Shown piece after piece: positions 9,502-20,292 of a DNA stretch of 64,000 nucleotides. Positions within the stretch are counted from its first letter, which is position 1. Each line of letters starts with the position of its first letter. Below the pieces are notes generated by a model. That model did no database searches. It saw nothing but the letters and a program-made list of their open reading frames with translations, and was not told where the DNA came from. This stretch comes from Sulfolobaceae archaeon. GTDB lineage: Archaea > Thermoproteota > Thermoprotei_A > Sulfolobales > Sulfolobaceae. The stretch spans positions 96,001 through 160,000 of the forward strand of contig JAWARQ010000004.1 of the NCBI GenBank assembly GCA_038893355.1. Direction: 5' to 3'. The position numbers and the translations under genes are program-made.

Positions 9502-9891
9502 ATGCGAATATCTAGCAGAGAACTAAGATACCTTAAGGTAATAAAACAGATATGTGAAACTGAAGGTACTGCAAGGTTAACTAGAATTGCTAAAGAATTA
9601 TCCTTAAATCCATCAAGCGTATTTGATGAGATAAATCATCTAGTAGAAAAGGGTTTTGTAAAACGAGAAAGTAGAGGTGTTAAGCTTACTGAAGAAGGAG
9701 AAAGATTATTAAACGAGATAAAGAGAAATCATAGAATAATAGAATGTTTTTTTGAAAGAATAGGGATACCGTTATCTCAAATATGCGAATATGCTGAACA
9801 AATTGATTACATACTACCTAGTGATGTAATAGATAAGATATATGTATATATAGGAAGGCCTGCCAAATGTCCACATGGGAAGGATATATGA
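9502..9891 (+). CDS. DtxR/MntR family metal-dependent transcriptional regulator
   Basis: YLKVI...IAKELSLNPSSV HTH, HRIIECFF, C-terminal CPHG motif. Confidence 0.9.
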   Translation: MRISSRELRYLKVIKQICETEGTARLTRIAKELSLNPSSVFDEINHLVEKGFVKRESRGVKLTEEGERLLNEIKRNHRIIECFFERIGIPLSQICEYAEQIDYILPSDVIDKIYVYIGRPAKCPHGKDI

Positions 9892-10493
9892 ATTTAGATT
9901 ATTATTTATATTATACGGGAAATTACATTACATTATTCATACTAATGCTCTTAGAAGGGATGTCTCTTCCAATCCCTAGTGAAGTAATACTTCCGCTTGT
10001 CGGATATTTGTCTTATAAGCAGCTAATGGATCTAAACCTAGGCATAGTTATTGCTACATTTGGAAGCTTGACAGGATCTATTATTGATTATTATATAGCG
10101 TTAAAACTAGGAAGACTATTTTTGTATAAGTATGGGAAATTTTTTAAATTAAATCAAAATTCTTTAATTAGACTAGAAGTTTGGTTTAATAAATATGGTG
10201 TGATTACCGTATTTCTATTCAGATTTATTCCGGCATTAAGAGCATTAATCTCATTTCCTGCAGGCCTTGTAAAGATGAACATAAAAGTTTTTGTTTTGCT
10301 AACATTCTTAGGTCACTTTATTTGGGATTTCCTTCTAGCATATTTGGGATTTCTTTTTGCTAATAATATCGACTATTTTATAACGTCATTAGAATCATAT
10401 CTTAATATCTTGCTAATAATATCGACTATTTTCATAATAATTTTTATAATTTATAATATCTTCTTAAAAAATAGGAGTATCTCGAAAAATTAA
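9888..10493 (+). CDS. DedA family membrane protein
   Basis: LEGMSLPIPSEVILP, GSLTGSIIDY, FRFIPALRALISFPAG. The likely start ATG at 9888 overlaps the regulator stop (ATGA). Confidence 0.9.
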   Translation: MNLDYYLYYTGNYITLFILMLLEGMSLPIPSEVILPLVGYLSYKQLMDLNLGIVIATFGSLTGSIIDYYIALKLGRLFLYKYGKFFKLNQNSLIRLEVWFNKYGVITVFLFRFIPALRALISFPAGLVKMNIKVFVLLTFLGHFIWDFLLAYLGFLFANNIDYFITSLESYLNILLIISTIFIIIFIIYNIFLKNRSISKN

Positions 10494-10552
10494 GCTTTAA
10501 TGCAACTTGGTCACAACAAAAGTATTTTTATACTTAGTTACTAATAAAACCT

Positions 10553-11047
10553 ATGAGAATTTCAGAGTATTATATTTATGTTGTACTTATTACTATGTTA
10601 CTGATAATACTATTTCTATCACTTGCACCATTTGTACCAATAAATGAACCACTATTCTTTAACGGAGTAAACTTATTCCTACCAGTAGGAGTTTCGTTTT
10701 CAGCAGCATTAGCACTCTTTAGTTTCATAATAATTTTCCTCTTGTTCAGTACTTCTAAGAATGTCTGGATTAATATTCTAATTGATAGTACTGCATTAAC
10801 ATTCTCAATCTTAAACTATATTAATATATTCTTAATTTGGAGTATTTGGCATCCTTCTTTAGTTATTATACCTTTTTTCCTCTTAATATTTTATAATGGT
10901 TCTAGTGCTTTGTGGTTAGATTTTGGGCAAATAATACTCCTGATATTCTTTTATAGGTTGTATAAAAATTATAGAAGTAGTAGAAGGCCCCGCCCCCTAT
11001 CTGGGTCTGACAGCACTGTTACTGGTGATTGGATGAAGACTCATTAG
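10553..11047 (+). CDS. Hypothetical multi-pass membrane protein (C-terminal tail overlaps an H/ACA RNA)
   Basis: 4-5 hydrophobic segments. The last ~20 codons are GC-rich and coincide with the RNA hairpin. Confidence 0.7.
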   Translation: MRISEYYIYVVLITMLLIILFLSLAPFVPINEPLFFNGVNLFLPVGVSFSAALALFSFIIIFLLFSTSKNVWINILIDSTALTFSILNYINIFLIWSIWHPSLVIIPFFLLIFYNGSSALWLDFGQIILLIFFYRLYKNYRSSRRPRPLSGSDSTVTGDWMKTH

Positions 11048-11063
11048 CCGGGCGGGGTACAAA
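10987..11063 (+). ncRNA. H/ACA pseudouridylation guide sRNA (single hairpin with K-turn)
   Basis: Basal stem GCCCCGCCC (10987-10995)/GGGCGGGGU (11050-11058); pocket strands CCUAUC and UUAGCC; upper stem UGGGUC/GACUCA; K-turn-like CUGA...GAUGAAG; ACA at 11059-11061, 15 nt from the top of the pocket. Confidence 0.75.
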
Positions 11064-11117
11064 GATGATGAGGTCGACATATTCTCGAGAAATGAAGAGG
11101 GGTCGATATGCTGATGA
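11063..11117 (+). ncRNA. C/D box guide sRNA targeting 23S rRNA helix 89 region
   Basis: C box AUGAUGA 11065-11071; degenerate D' (UCGA); C' AUGAAGA 11092-11098; D guide GGGGUCGAUAUG complementary to 23S CAUAUCGACCCC; D box CUGA 11111-11114. Confidence 0.85.
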
Positions 11118-11755
11118 ATGAAATTGAAGCTTTAAGGAATGAAGTAATTTCTTGTAAAAAATGTAATCTATGGAGAACTAGAAAAAATGCAGTACCAGGC
11201 TATGGTGACCCTAATGCTACGATAATGTTTATTGGAGAAGCACCAGGTGCAACAGAAGATGAAGAAGGAAAACCATTTGTTGGTAATGCTGGAAAGCTAC
11301 TTACTAAAATGATTCAAGAAGTTTTAGGTCTAACTAGAGATCAAGTATACATTACTAATTTAGTAAAATGTAGACCTCCAGGAAATAGAGATCCAACAGA
11401 TGAGGAAATAATTGCATGTAAAGATTATCTCGAAAGAGAAATTTCTTTAGTTAGGCCAAAATTAATAGTAACATTGGGAAATCATTCTACTTCTTATATT
11501 TTTAAGAAGGCTAATTTACCATATAGCAGTATTACGAGAGTTAGGGGAAAGAGTTATAGTGTCGAAATTTTGGGGATTAAGATAACAGTTTTTCCTACTT
11601 ATCATCCTGCAGCTGCACTGTATAATCCTAAATTACAATTAGAATTATATAATGATTTTAAAAGGATAAGAGAATTACTAGGCATAGAAAATAAAAGGGT
11701 AACATTAGATGTATTTTTTAAGGCGGATAAAGATGGATCTGGGGATAAAAAATAA
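11114..11755 (+). CDS. udg: Family 4 uracil-DNA glycosylase (Fe-S)
   Basis: CxxC (SCKKC), GEAPG, NLVKCRPPGNRDP, TYHPAA, and a C-terminal PIP-box-like VTLDVFF. The ORF track starts at 11108; ATG 11114 is more likely given the sRNA. Confidence 0.95.
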   Translation: MNEIEALRNEVISCKKCNLWRTRKNAVPGYGDPNATIMFIGEAPGATEDEEGKPFVGNAGKLLTKMIQEVLGLTRDQVYITNLVKCRPPGNRDPTDEEIIACKDYLEREISLVRPKLIVTLGNHSTSYIFKKANLPYSSITRVRGKSYSVEILGIKITVFPTYHPAAALYNPKLQLELYNDFKRIRELLGIENKRVTLDVFFKADKDGSGDKK

Positions 11756-12512
11756 GAGAGTTATTGTTACTGCTTCTAGCAAAGGAATAGGATTCGCTAC
11801 GGCAAAAAGGTTTTTAGAAGAAGGTGCAGTAGTTGTTATTTCATCGCATGATAATGAAAATTTGAAAAAAGCTTATGAAAAGCTTCATATGATTGGTAAA
11901 GTTTATATGATTAAAGCTGATTTAACTAATCCAGAAGACGTAAAGAATTTAATAAGAGAAGGTTCACGATTACTTGGAGGATTAGATGTTTTAGTTTATA
12001 TAACTGGAAGTCCAAAACCGGGTAGTTTCTTAGAACTTTCAGAGGAAGATTGGGATTATGGTTATAGGTTGCTATTAAAGAGTGCAGTTATAGCTGTTAG
12101 AGAAGCATCAAAAATAATGGAAAAGGGTGGGAGGATAATAATTTCAACTTCATTTACCTTAAAGGAACCATTAGAAAATTTAGACCTTTCAAATGTGATA
12201 AGAGTATCTATGGCAGGTCTAATTAGATCTGCAGCTAGGGTATTAGGTAAGAAAGGTATATTAGTTAATGGGATAATGCCAGGTTGGATACTCACGGAAA
12301 GGGTCTCTCAGATTATTAGAGATAGAGCAAGAAGGGAAGGTAAAAGTGAGGATGAAATAGAGAAAGAATTAACGTCTAATATTCCATTAGGTAGGATAGG
12401 AAAACCCGAGGAAGTCGCTAACGTTATACTGTTCCTTGCTTCTGAACTTTCAACTTATGTAAATGGTGCCTTAATTCCAGTAGATGGTGGGTATTTAAGG
12501 TCAACATTTTAA
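11733..12512 (+). CDS. SDR family oxidoreductase (3-oxoacyl reductase-like)
   Basis: MDLGI...VTASSKGIGFA, LSNVIR, NGIMPG, IPLGRIGKPEEVA, VDGG. Confidence 0.9.
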   Translation: MDLGIKNKRVIVTASSKGIGFATAKRFLEEGAVVVISSHDNENLKKAYEKLHMIGKVYMIKADLTNPEDVKNLIREGSRLLGGLDVLVYITGSPKPGSFLELSEEDWDYGYRLLLKSAVIAVREASKIMEKGGRIIISTSFTLKEPLENLDLSNVIRVSMAGLIRSAARVLGKKGILVNGIMPGWILTERVSQIIRDRARREGKSEDEIEKELTSNIPLGRIGKPEEVANVILFLASELSTYVNGALIPVDGGYLRSTF

Positions 12513-12624
12513 ACTTTTTGGGCTGATAATACTCATATCTTTTCTTATTATATATCATGATCGTAATAATGTCGTATAAGGAATATATGAATTAAGTAGT
12601 AAGTAACATGATAAGGGATATAGA

Positions 12625-14112
12625 GTGAAGATTGTAGAGTTTTATGTCGCTAACTTTCGCAGTTTACAAGAAGTTAAATTAAAAGAGTTAGGAGGGATAA
12701 ATTTACTTTTAGGTCATAATGGATACGGTAAGACTAATTTACTTACTTCGATCTATATCTTTATTAGAAATATTACTGCTGGACTTGAGAAGAGGGAAAT
12801 TGAAGATAGGAATCAAGAATACATTCTATTATGGAGAGAATATGATACATCTAAACCAATATTATTGGGCGGAAAGATTTTCTTTGATGAGAAAGAAGTA
12901 GAGAAAGTTATAGGAAAAAGAAGGTCATATAATGTTGAGGTTATAAATAGGTTATATTATTCAAATAATATACTAAGATGGGAATTAGATACATTAACGG
13001 TAAATGGATATCCTCCTACTAAAGAAGACCTAGAAGATTTAAGAAATTTACTAAATTATGCTTCACAAAAAATAGAATATATTCCGATATTCGATCAGAA
13101 TTATTTTGATGAAATATTAAGGAGGATGATAGAATTTAATAAATCACCGATAAATTTAAGAAAGCATTGGTACGATTTTGTAAATTTAGTTAGCAATATA
13201 ATACCAGAGATTAAGGGAATAGAAGTTTGGGATTCGAAGAAACTAGTGATAAATATTTATAACCTTCCAATTTACATAGACCTTGCTGCAAGCGGATTTC
13301 AAAGAATTATACTTACTTTATTTATTTTATGGTTAAGTGGTAATAAGATTTTATTAATTGAGGAACCGGAAGTAAATATCTATCCAACGTTACAATATAA
13401 GATTATAAGGTTGATGAAAAGTTGGGCTGATAAAGGTATGCTACAAGCATTTATAACTACTCATTCTCCATTTATAGCATCAGGAGATGTTGATAATTAT
13501 ATTATTTTAAAAAGAAGTGGTAGTTCTTCTACAGCAATTGTAATTAAGCCTAAGGAAGATATTAATATTTTATTAAATCTTCTAAATTTGAAGATAGAAG
13601 ATATTATATTTAATAGAATTATAATTTTATTAAATGAATTAGTAGAACCTGCAATAATTAAAAATTGGTTAAAAAAATTGGGCATTTTAATTGATGAAAA
13701 TGGAATATCGATTAAAAAAATAGGTAATGAAATAGAAATTCAATATTGGTTAAGATTGAAAAAATATTTTGATTTTGAATTAGTAGTAATAGGTAATTGT
13801 GATAAAATTGAAGGTTCTTTAAAAGAGAATTGCATTCCTATTTCTAGGGAAATCGAATTTTACTATAATAAAAACGCAATACTTGAGGCATTAAAGAAAA
13901 TTGGAGTATATCCTGATGAAAAGGAGTTAAGAGACTTTATGAAAGAGGATAACTATAGATGGCTACAATCACTAATGAAGAGAAGAGGTATTGATTACGA
14001 AAAAGTTAGAAATTCCATAAGCGATATAATATCTAGTGTAGATTCCACAGAGATCCCGCGAGAAATTCAAGTGTTAGCCAATAAATTAAAATCCTTTCAA
14101 ATAATACTATAA
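12625..14112 (+). CDS. ABC/SMC-type ATPase of OLD (AAA_15/AAA_21) architecture with a degenerate TOPRIM-like C-terminus
   Basis: NFRSL, Walker A GHNGYGKTN, signature AASGFQR, Walker B LLIEEPE, H-loop TTHSP. Confidence 0.8.
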   Translation: MKIVEFYVANFRSLQEVKLKELGGINLLLGHNGYGKTNLLTSIYIFIRNITAGLEKREIEDRNQEYILLWREYDTSKPILLGGKIFFDEKEVEKVIGKRRSYNVEVINRLYYSNNILRWELDTLTVNGYPPTKEDLEDLRNLLNYASQKIEYIPIFDQNYFDEILRRMIEFNKSPINLRKHWYDFVNLVSNIIPEIKGIEVWDSKKLVINIYNLPIYIDLAASGFQRIILTLFILWLSGNKILLIEEPEVNIYPTLQYKIIRLMKSWADKGMLQAFITTHSPFIASGDVDNYIILKRSGSSSTAIVIKPKEDINILLNLLNLKIEDIIFNRIIILLNELVEPAIIKNWLKKLGILIDENGISIKKIGNEIEIQYWLRLKKYFDFELVVIGNCDKIEGSLKENCIPISREIEFYYNKNAILEALKKIGVYPDEKELRDFMKEDNYRWLQSLMKRRGIDYEKVRNSISDIISSVDSTEIPREIQVLANKLKSFQIIL

Positions 14113-14113
14113 A

Positions 14114-14371
14114 ATGATGGCAGACCTATCAATCTTATTGCCTTTAGGATTCGTATTAATATTTATAGGAATTATTTTAACAATAATTGGGATTATTAAA
14201 GAATACTCAACAAAAGGTGAAAGTGAGAGGAGAACTGAAACAAAAGCAGGCGGAATTATCTTTATAGGGCCTATACCTATTATATTCGGTTCTGATAAAG
14301 AAATTGCTAAATGGATGTTAATTATTGCATTAGTAATCTTAATAATATTAGCTATATTAGTTTTGATATAA
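14114..14371 (+). CDS. DUF131/TIGR00304 small membrane protein
   Basis: GGIIFIGPIPIIFGSD motif flanked by TM helices. Confidence 0.85.
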   Translation: MMADLSILLPLGFVLIFIGIILTIIGIIKEYSTKGESERRTETKAGGIIFIGPIPIIFGSDKEIAKWMLIIALVILIILAILVLI

Positions 14372-14379
14372 ATAATTAA

Positions 14380-15642
14380 TTAGATATGTCCTCTAACTTT
14401 CATCGCGTTAATAACCCTCTTTACCGCCATAGTCATTGCAGCAATTCTCATATTCTGATCACCTAACTTGTTATATTCATTGTAAACTGCTTCGAATGCG
14501 TTCTCCATCTTCCTTATTATTAACTTTTTAGCTTCCTCTTCTTCCATTATCTGCCCCATCTTATTATTAGCCCATTCAATATGACTACCAACAACTCCAC
14601 CACCATTAGCTAAAATATCAGGAACTACTATAATTCCTCTCTGCCTAAGAATCTCATCCGCATCAGAGGTTGTCGGGCCATTTGCTCCTTCAACAATTAG
14701 CTTTGCTTTTATTTTTGTTGCATTAAACTTGGTTATAACATTCTCTATTGCAGCAGGTATTAGTATATCACATTCACTTGTTAAAAGTTCCTCATTTGTA
14801 ACCTTCTTGCCATCTCTATATTCAACTACAGTTCCATACTTATTCTTAATCTCTATTGCCTTATCGACGTTGATTCCATTAGGATTTATTATACCACCAT
14901 TAGAATCACTTATCCCTACTATCTTGGCACCCATTTCACTCAAGAATTTTGCAGCCCAACTACCTACATTTCCAAATCCTTGTATTATTACCCTATTACC
15001 TTCTATTCCTCCTAAAAACTTTTCTGCTGCCTTTTTTGCTATAATTGCAACACCTAGGCCAGTACTATAGACTCTAGCACTTAATCCTCCTATATCAGCT
15101 GGCTTCCCGGTAAATGTTGCAAAGTCCACGTTTCCACTTACTTTAATATATTCATCAAGATACCATGCCATAATTTGTGAATCTGTATTAACATCAGGTG
15201 CGGGAATATCTATCTCACTTCCTAAATACTTATAGATTGCTTCTATATAATTTCTTGAAAGTATTTCTAATTCTTCCCTAGTAAGCGACTTAGGATCTAC
15301 TCTTACTCCACCCTTAGCCCCTCCATAAGGTAGTTGCAATAAAGAATTCTTCCATGTCATAATCATTGATAATGCGATTACTTCGTCTTGAGTTACATTA
15401 GGGTGATATCTTACACCTCCTTTATATGGACCTAATGCACTATTGTGTTGAGATCTCCAGCCTATAAAAGTTTTTACTGCACCATTAGAAGATCTAACTG
15501 TTATTTTAACCTGTATTACACGCTCTGGGACTATTAACGCATCGATTACGTAATTCGGTAATCCTAATAATTCTCCAATTTTTTTAATTAATTTAACTTG
15601 CTGTATATATAAATTTGATGTAAAAACCTCCTCTACTGCCAT
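14380..15642 (-). CDS. gdhA: Glutamate dehydrogenase (Glu/Leu/Phe/Val family)
   Basis: [47 protein letters not shown]. Confidence 0.95.
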   Translation of the reverse strand: MAVEEVFTSNLYIQQVKLIKKIGELLGLPNYVIDALIVPERVIQVKITVRSSNGAVKTFIGWRSQHNSALGPYKGGVRYHPNVTQDEVIALSMIMTWKNSLLQLPYGGAKGGVRVDPKSLTREELEILSRNYIEAIYKYLGSEIDIPAPDVNTDSQIMAWYLDEYIKVSGNVDFATFTGKPADIGGLSARVYSTGLGVAIIAKKAAEKFLGGIEGNRVIIQGFGNVGSWAAKFLSEMGAKIVGISDSNGGIINPNGINVDKAIEIKNKYGTVVEYRDGKKVTNEELLTSECDILIPAAIENVITKFNATKIKAKLIVEGANGPTTSDADEILRQRGIIVVPDILANGGGVVGSHIEWANNKMGQIMEEEEAKKLIIRKMENAFEAVYNEYNKLGDQNMRIAAMTMAVKRVINAMKVRGHI

Positions 15643-15717
15643 ACGTACTCTAAATAAATATTAATTTGAAAAAGGTTATAAGGACTCATACGGATTGATA
15701 AGAAACATTTTAAAATT

Positions 15718-17043
15718 TCAATAAGTCTTCCTACGCAAAATTACTGCAATTATAACTATTATTAATGTTACAATTATTGTTATTACCAATGAGATATTTG
15801 GTGAAATTACATTAAATGGCAAATTGGTATTTGAATATGATGCAACGTTTGGAAATATTAATGTTGGATTTAAATAATAATCATTATACTTACTCCCAAT
15901 AAAGTCGAGCTCTAATGCTGTAGCTGTTATATTAGTACTAAATGCAACAATTCTAAACTTAAGTAATGTTCCATTTGAATTAAAATATGCATAAACAAGT
16001 CTTTTTCCAAATATTGTAGAATTTCCGCTAGTTATTGTAAAATTTGTTGAATTTAAGTATAAATACGCATTATAAGTATTGGCTAATACGTTAACTTGAG
16101 TCTGATTAATTTTCTTTAAAAGGTAACCATACCATGAAATTGTATTATTTAAATTTAATATTATTGGTATAAATATTTCATTAGGTTTTCCAATGCTTAT
16201 TATGAAATTTACTTGAGTACCTTGAATTGATATTGGTGTTAGTAATCTATTACCTGCAATATACTGTAATCTAAATTGTGCACTTACTATATAATTCCCT
16301 GGAAGTATGTATGGGTAAACAAATTCAATATAACCTTGAGGCAATATATTACTAGCTATGCTGGAATAATTATATACTGTATAAAGATATGAATATTGTA
16401 AAAGATTTGAATTAAATGTTATGGGCAATCCTATAGTTTTAGGATTACTTAAATTTAATAGTTTTATATCTATATTATATGTGTAATTTGATATATCCTT
16501 TTTAAAGTTAATTTCTGAAATTATTCCATTTTCAAGAACAGATACATTGTAACTTGAACCATTCTGCGTTATTATTCTTAGAATGTAGATAGTATTATTT
16601 AAATACTTAGTATAGTTTTGAAATGATACTATAATATACGAATTTTTATAATAAATTGCATAAGTATTATTAAATATTAGATACGGTAATATATAAGGAT
16701 ATTTGAAAGTAAATAAATTAGTTATTATATTTAATGAATAAGTTCCATTATTAATAATAGTTATATTTTTAAATTCGGTATAATTTCCAGAGATATTTAC
16801 TGTTAAATTGAGATCAATAGAGTTTATAACTTTATATTCAATATAATAAGAATTCTTGGTTGAGTGGTTTTTATAAGTTTTAATTATATCTATCTTATAT
16901 TTTAAATAATCATAATAAATTATTGAAGGTATTTTTTCTGCAGTAGGTTTTGGTAGTTCTACAAGAAATATGCTAGATATCGGAGATGATGCTAATAGTA
17001 ATATAAGCAATGTTAGAATTAATACTTTGTGCATAACAATCAC
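15718..17043 (-). CDS. Hypothetical surface glycoprotein (signal peptide, C-terminal TM anchor)
   Basis: N-terminal signal-like stretch, many NxS/T sequons, C-terminal hydrophobic helix followed by RRK. Confidence 0.75.
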   Translation of the reverse strand: MIVMHKVLILTLLILLLASSPISSIFLVELPKPTAEKIPSIIYYDYLKYKIDIIKTYKNHSTKNSYYIEYKVINSIDLNLTVNISGNYTEFKNITIINNGTYSLNIITNLFTFKYPYILPYLIFNNTYAIYYKNSYIIVSFQNYTKYLNNTIYILRIITQNGSSYNVSVLENGIISEINFKKDISNYTYNIDIKLLNLSNPKTIGLPITFNSNLLQYSYLYTVYNYSSIASNILPQGYIEFVYPYILPGNYIVSAQFRLQYIAGNRLLTPISIQGTQVNFIISIGKPNEIFIPIILNLNNTISWYGYLLKKINQTQVNVLANTYNAYLYLNSTNFTITSGNSTIFGKRLVYAYFNSNGTLLKFRIVAFSTNITATALELDFIGSKYNDYYLNPTLIFPNVASYSNTNLPFNVISPNISLVITIIVTLIIVIIAVILRRKTY

Positions 17044-17077
17044 AAACTTTATTCCCTATTAACTTTAATGGTAAGTA

Positions 17078-17509
17078 ATGAGCGAGAAAAGACCTCTAGT
17101 TGCTGTAGGAGTTTTAATAGAACATGAAGGCAAATATTTGTTAATAAAGAGACTTAAACCTCCATCAGCTGGACATTGGGCAGTGCCAGGTGGGAAAGTA
17201 GAGTACGGAGAGAGGTTAGAAGATGCTGCAAAAAGAGAAATTAAAGAAGAGACTGGATTAGATATAGAGGTTGGTGAGATAATTGCAATTGTTGAAGTAT
17301 TTAGAGAAGGTTTTCATTATGTAATAATCGATTTTAAGGGTAAAATAATAGGGGGTAATTTAAAACCTAATAGCGATGCAATAGAGGCTAGGTTCTTTTC
17401 ACCATCTGAGATTCAAGGATTAAAAATGACTCCTAGTACTGAAGAAATGTTAAGAAGATTGTTAAGTGGAGAAAAGCCTCCTTTCTTCATAACTAAAATT
17501 GAAAGATAA
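17078..17509 (+). CDS. NUDIX hydrolase (ADP-ribose pyrophosphatase-like)
   Basis: Nudix box GGKVEYGERLEDAAKREIKEETGL. Confidence 0.93.
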   Translation: MSEKRPLVAVGVLIEHEGKYLLIKRLKPPSAGHWAVPGGKVEYGERLEDAAKREIKEETGLDIEVGEIIAIVEVFREGFHYVIIDFKGKIIGGNLKPNSDAIEARFFSPSEIQGLKMTPSTEEMLRRLLSGEKPPFFITKIER

Positions 17510-17510
17510 T

Positions 17511-18917
17511 TTATTCAAATCTCCAGTAAGATTTATCTCCAGCATCAAGTACCTTTATTCCTGCACTTAGGAGTATGCTCCTAATTTGGTCACTAAGGTC
17601 ATACATTTTCCTATTTCTTAATATGTTTCTAATCTCAATCACCGCATCAATTACTTTTATGATCTTATCCATGGTGGAGTATATCTCTTGTTCCAGTATA
17701 CCAGCAACTGAACTAAATGTTCTAAATAATTCAAATGCTAACATAGCACCCATAAAATCTCTTGAATATTGTAATTTTGTAAATACTAATGAGGATAGCT
17801 CATGTATTTTAGCTAATGCTGTTGGGGTATCAAAATCATTGCTCATTGCCTCATGAAATTCCTTAGATAATTTAATTATCTGTTGCTGAAGCTTTATATC
17901 TTCATCATTGGAGTAGTATTTAGGTTCTTCATTGATTATTGATCTTAGTATTGCAATAGAATCTTTTAATCTCTCAAGAGAGTTTTTAAACTGAGATAAA
18001 CTCTCTTCTGAATATTCTAATGGAGACCTATAATGTGCACTGAAATACCATAGTCTTAACGTCTCTACTCCCCATTTATTTATTGCGTCCTTTAGTGGTA
18101 TTATATTCTTTAATGATTTACTCATCTTATCTTTCCCTATTGTCACAAATGCTGAATGAACCCAATATCTTACCCATTTTTTACCTAATAGTGCTTCACT
18201 TTGTGCTCTTTCGTTTTCATGATGTGGAAATATTAAGTCTTGCCCTCCTCCATGAATATCAAATTCTTCACCTAAATATCTCATTGACATAGTAGAACAT
18301 TCTATATGCCATCCTGGTCTTCCTTTTCCCCAAGGACTTTCCCAATAGGGTTCCCCTGGTTTCCAGGCTTTCCATAATGCAAAATCATATGGATTTTTTT
18401 TCTCCTTAACTAATCCTTCTTGCTGATCCCAAAGATCTTTTGATTTTAAATTAGATAGTTCACCATAACTTGGGAAAGCATCAACGTTAAAATAAACACT
18501 TCCGCTAGGTGCTACATACGCATAACCTTTATTTATTAAATTATCAATAAATTGAATAATTTCTCTAATATGGGTAGTGACTCTTGGGTGTTGATCTATT
18601 TTTATATTTAGCTTATCTATTATTTCTAAATATTCTTTAGTATAAAAATCAGCAATTTCTTTCCAGTCTTTTCCAGTCTCTTGTGCCCTCCTTATTATTT
18701 TATCATCAATATCTGTAATATTTTGTACTCTAATTACATTATAGCCAAGTAATTTAAAGTACCTACTCATGAAGTCGAAGACTGTAAAAGTTCTACCATG
18801 TCCAATATGGACTGAATCATAAACGGTAGGTCCACATACATACATCTTAACAATTCTAGGCTCTACACTTTCAAAATTTTGTAACGTTCTACCAAGTGTA
18901 TTGTAAATTCTTATCAT
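17511..18917 (-). CDS. cysS: Cysteine--tRNA ligase
   Basis: [26 protein letters not shown]. Confidence 0.98.
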   Translation of the reverse strand: MIRIYNTLGRTLQNFESVEPRIVKMYVCGPTVYDSVHIGHGRTFTVFDFMSRYFKLLGYNVIRVQNITDIDDKIIRRAQETGKDWKEIADFYTKEYLEIIDKLNIKIDQHPRVTTHIREIIQFIDNLINKGYAYVAPSGSVYFNVDAFPSYGELSNLKSKDLWDQQEGLVKEKKNPYDFALWKAWKPGEPYWESPWGKGRPGWHIECSTMSMRYLGEEFDIHGGGQDLIFPHHENERAQSEALLGKKWVRYWVHSAFVTIGKDKMSKSLKNIIPLKDAINKWGVETLRLWYFSAHYRSPLEYSEESLSQFKNSLERLKDSIAILRSIINEEPKYYSNDEDIKLQQQIIKLSKEFHEAMSNDFDTPTALAKIHELSSLVFTKLQYSRDFMGAMLAFELFRTFSSVAGILEQEIYSTMDKIIKVIDAVIEIRNILRNRKMYDLSDQIRSILLSAGIKVLDAGDKSYWRFE

Positions 18918-19846
18918 GAGTAATAATACTTTAGCTCCTCTTTAAATATACTTTTAGTCCTTTCTCTAGCTACTTTCATTTTCTCTAAAACTAAAGGATC
19001 TCTACCTAATTTTTCAGCTAGACTTATAGAGAGTACACCAGCTAAATAGGCTAATGAAGATATATTTTTTAATATACTATCATAAAATGGTTTAATTAAT
19101 ATTCCATTAGATAATTCGAAAAATATTAAATCTATTTCCTCACTTCCAATTATAATCGGTTTTAAAGGGTTCTCTTTAGAGTATACTTCCAATTCGTTAT
19201 GAATAACCTCTGGTATTTCACCAAAAAACGCTGGATATTTTGCATTCTCATTAATTTCTTGTTTAAATCTTTCAGCTATTGGAAGGAACTTTGAGGAATA
19301 AAATACTGGAATTTTTCCTATAATCTCTTTTAATAATTTATTACTCAATGCATTTAATTCTTCTTTTCTCTCAACTATACCTTCAACTAATTCTTCAAGT
19401 CGTAAATTTATGTTTAATGATATTTTTAATGTCTTTAATATTGTAGATAAAATAAATGGAAATACAAATCTTGTCTGATAACCTTTAGGTAGTTCAATAA
19501 TTTTTATATTATACCTTTTTGCGAACTCGAGAAGTATACCGTTAGATGTAACAACGATTATATCGTTATACAACTCTTTTTCAATAATACTTTTTAGTGT
19601 AATTAATGTTTCAGTAGTTTCTCCAGAATAGGAAACTACAATTATACTTGAATTCTTACTACTTTTAACTTTGAAGCCCCTATAAACTTCTAGTTCTATT
19701 GGTAATTCTATGATTTGTAAGACTCTTCCTACTATTCCACTCCCACCTATGCCCAAAAATACTATTTTTTCCCCAACCTTTAGCTGTGGTACGTCGTATT
19801 GAATTGCGTCTTTAAACATCTTTTCCCAATTTTGATATGGATTCAT
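18914..19846 (-). CDS. Bifunctional phosphoglucose/phosphomannose isomerase
   Basis: [35 protein letters not shown]. Confidence 0.9.
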   Translation of the reverse strand: MNPYQNWEKMFKDAIQYDVPQLKVGEKIVFLGIGGSGIVGRVLQIIELPIELEVYRGFKVKSSKNSSIIVVSYSGETTETLITLKSIIEKELYNDIIVVTSNGILLEFAKRYNIKIIELPKGYQTRFVFPFILSTILKTLKISLNINLRLEELVEGIVERKEELNALSNKLLKEIIGKIPVFYSSKFLPIAERFKQEINENAKYPAFFGEIPEVIHNELEVYSKENPLKPIIIGSEEIDLIFFELSNGILIKPFYDSILKNISSLAYLAGVLSISLAEKLGRDPLVLEKMKVARERTKSIFKEELKYYYS

Positions 19847-19860
19847 CTCTCTTACCTAAC

Positions 19861-20292
19861 CTATTTCATAGTTATTGATAATGTTATTGAAGGTGGTGTT
19901 GCTGAAATATTTATTGTAATACTATCTATACCTATTTCTTTTATATTTAATTTTATTTTCATTATAATTTCACTAACTGAATATGACAGTATGTTTACAA
20001 TTTCATCGATAATACCAGCTATCTTACTACCCACTAAAGTACTAGAAACTTCCGGTCTCAAGAGAAACCAGTAAATTGCATTAGTTCTTTGTAATATTTG
20101 AAATAAATTAGATAATAGTCCCTCCCATTTTTTCTCTTCAAAGTTTTTTTCCGTTTGAATAAACAACTCTAGTTCTTTTTCTAACTCTCTTTTTAAAAAT
20201 TTCATAATATTCTGCTCTTGTAGAGATAGCGAAGTTTCAGGGATTTCATCAACTTTTCTTTTTAACTCCTCAAGATACTTAATAGAGTTCAT
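19861..20292 (-). CDS. Hypothetical protein (helical N-terminus, short beta C-terminus)
   Basis: 143-aa ORF divergent from the nurA-like gene. No motif recognised. Confidence 0.65.
   Translation of the reverse strand: MNSIKYLEELKRKVDEIPETSLSLQEQNIMKFLKRELEKELELFIQTEKNFEEKKWEGLLSNLFQILQRTNAIYWFLLRPEVSSTLVGSKIAGIIDEIVNILSYSVSEIIMKIKLNIKEIGIDSITINISATPPSITLSITMK

Noticed and set aside
11000-11047. GC-rich C-terminal tail of ORF 10553-11047 as a protein domain
   Set aside because: Its composition is explained by the overlapping H/ACA hairpin.
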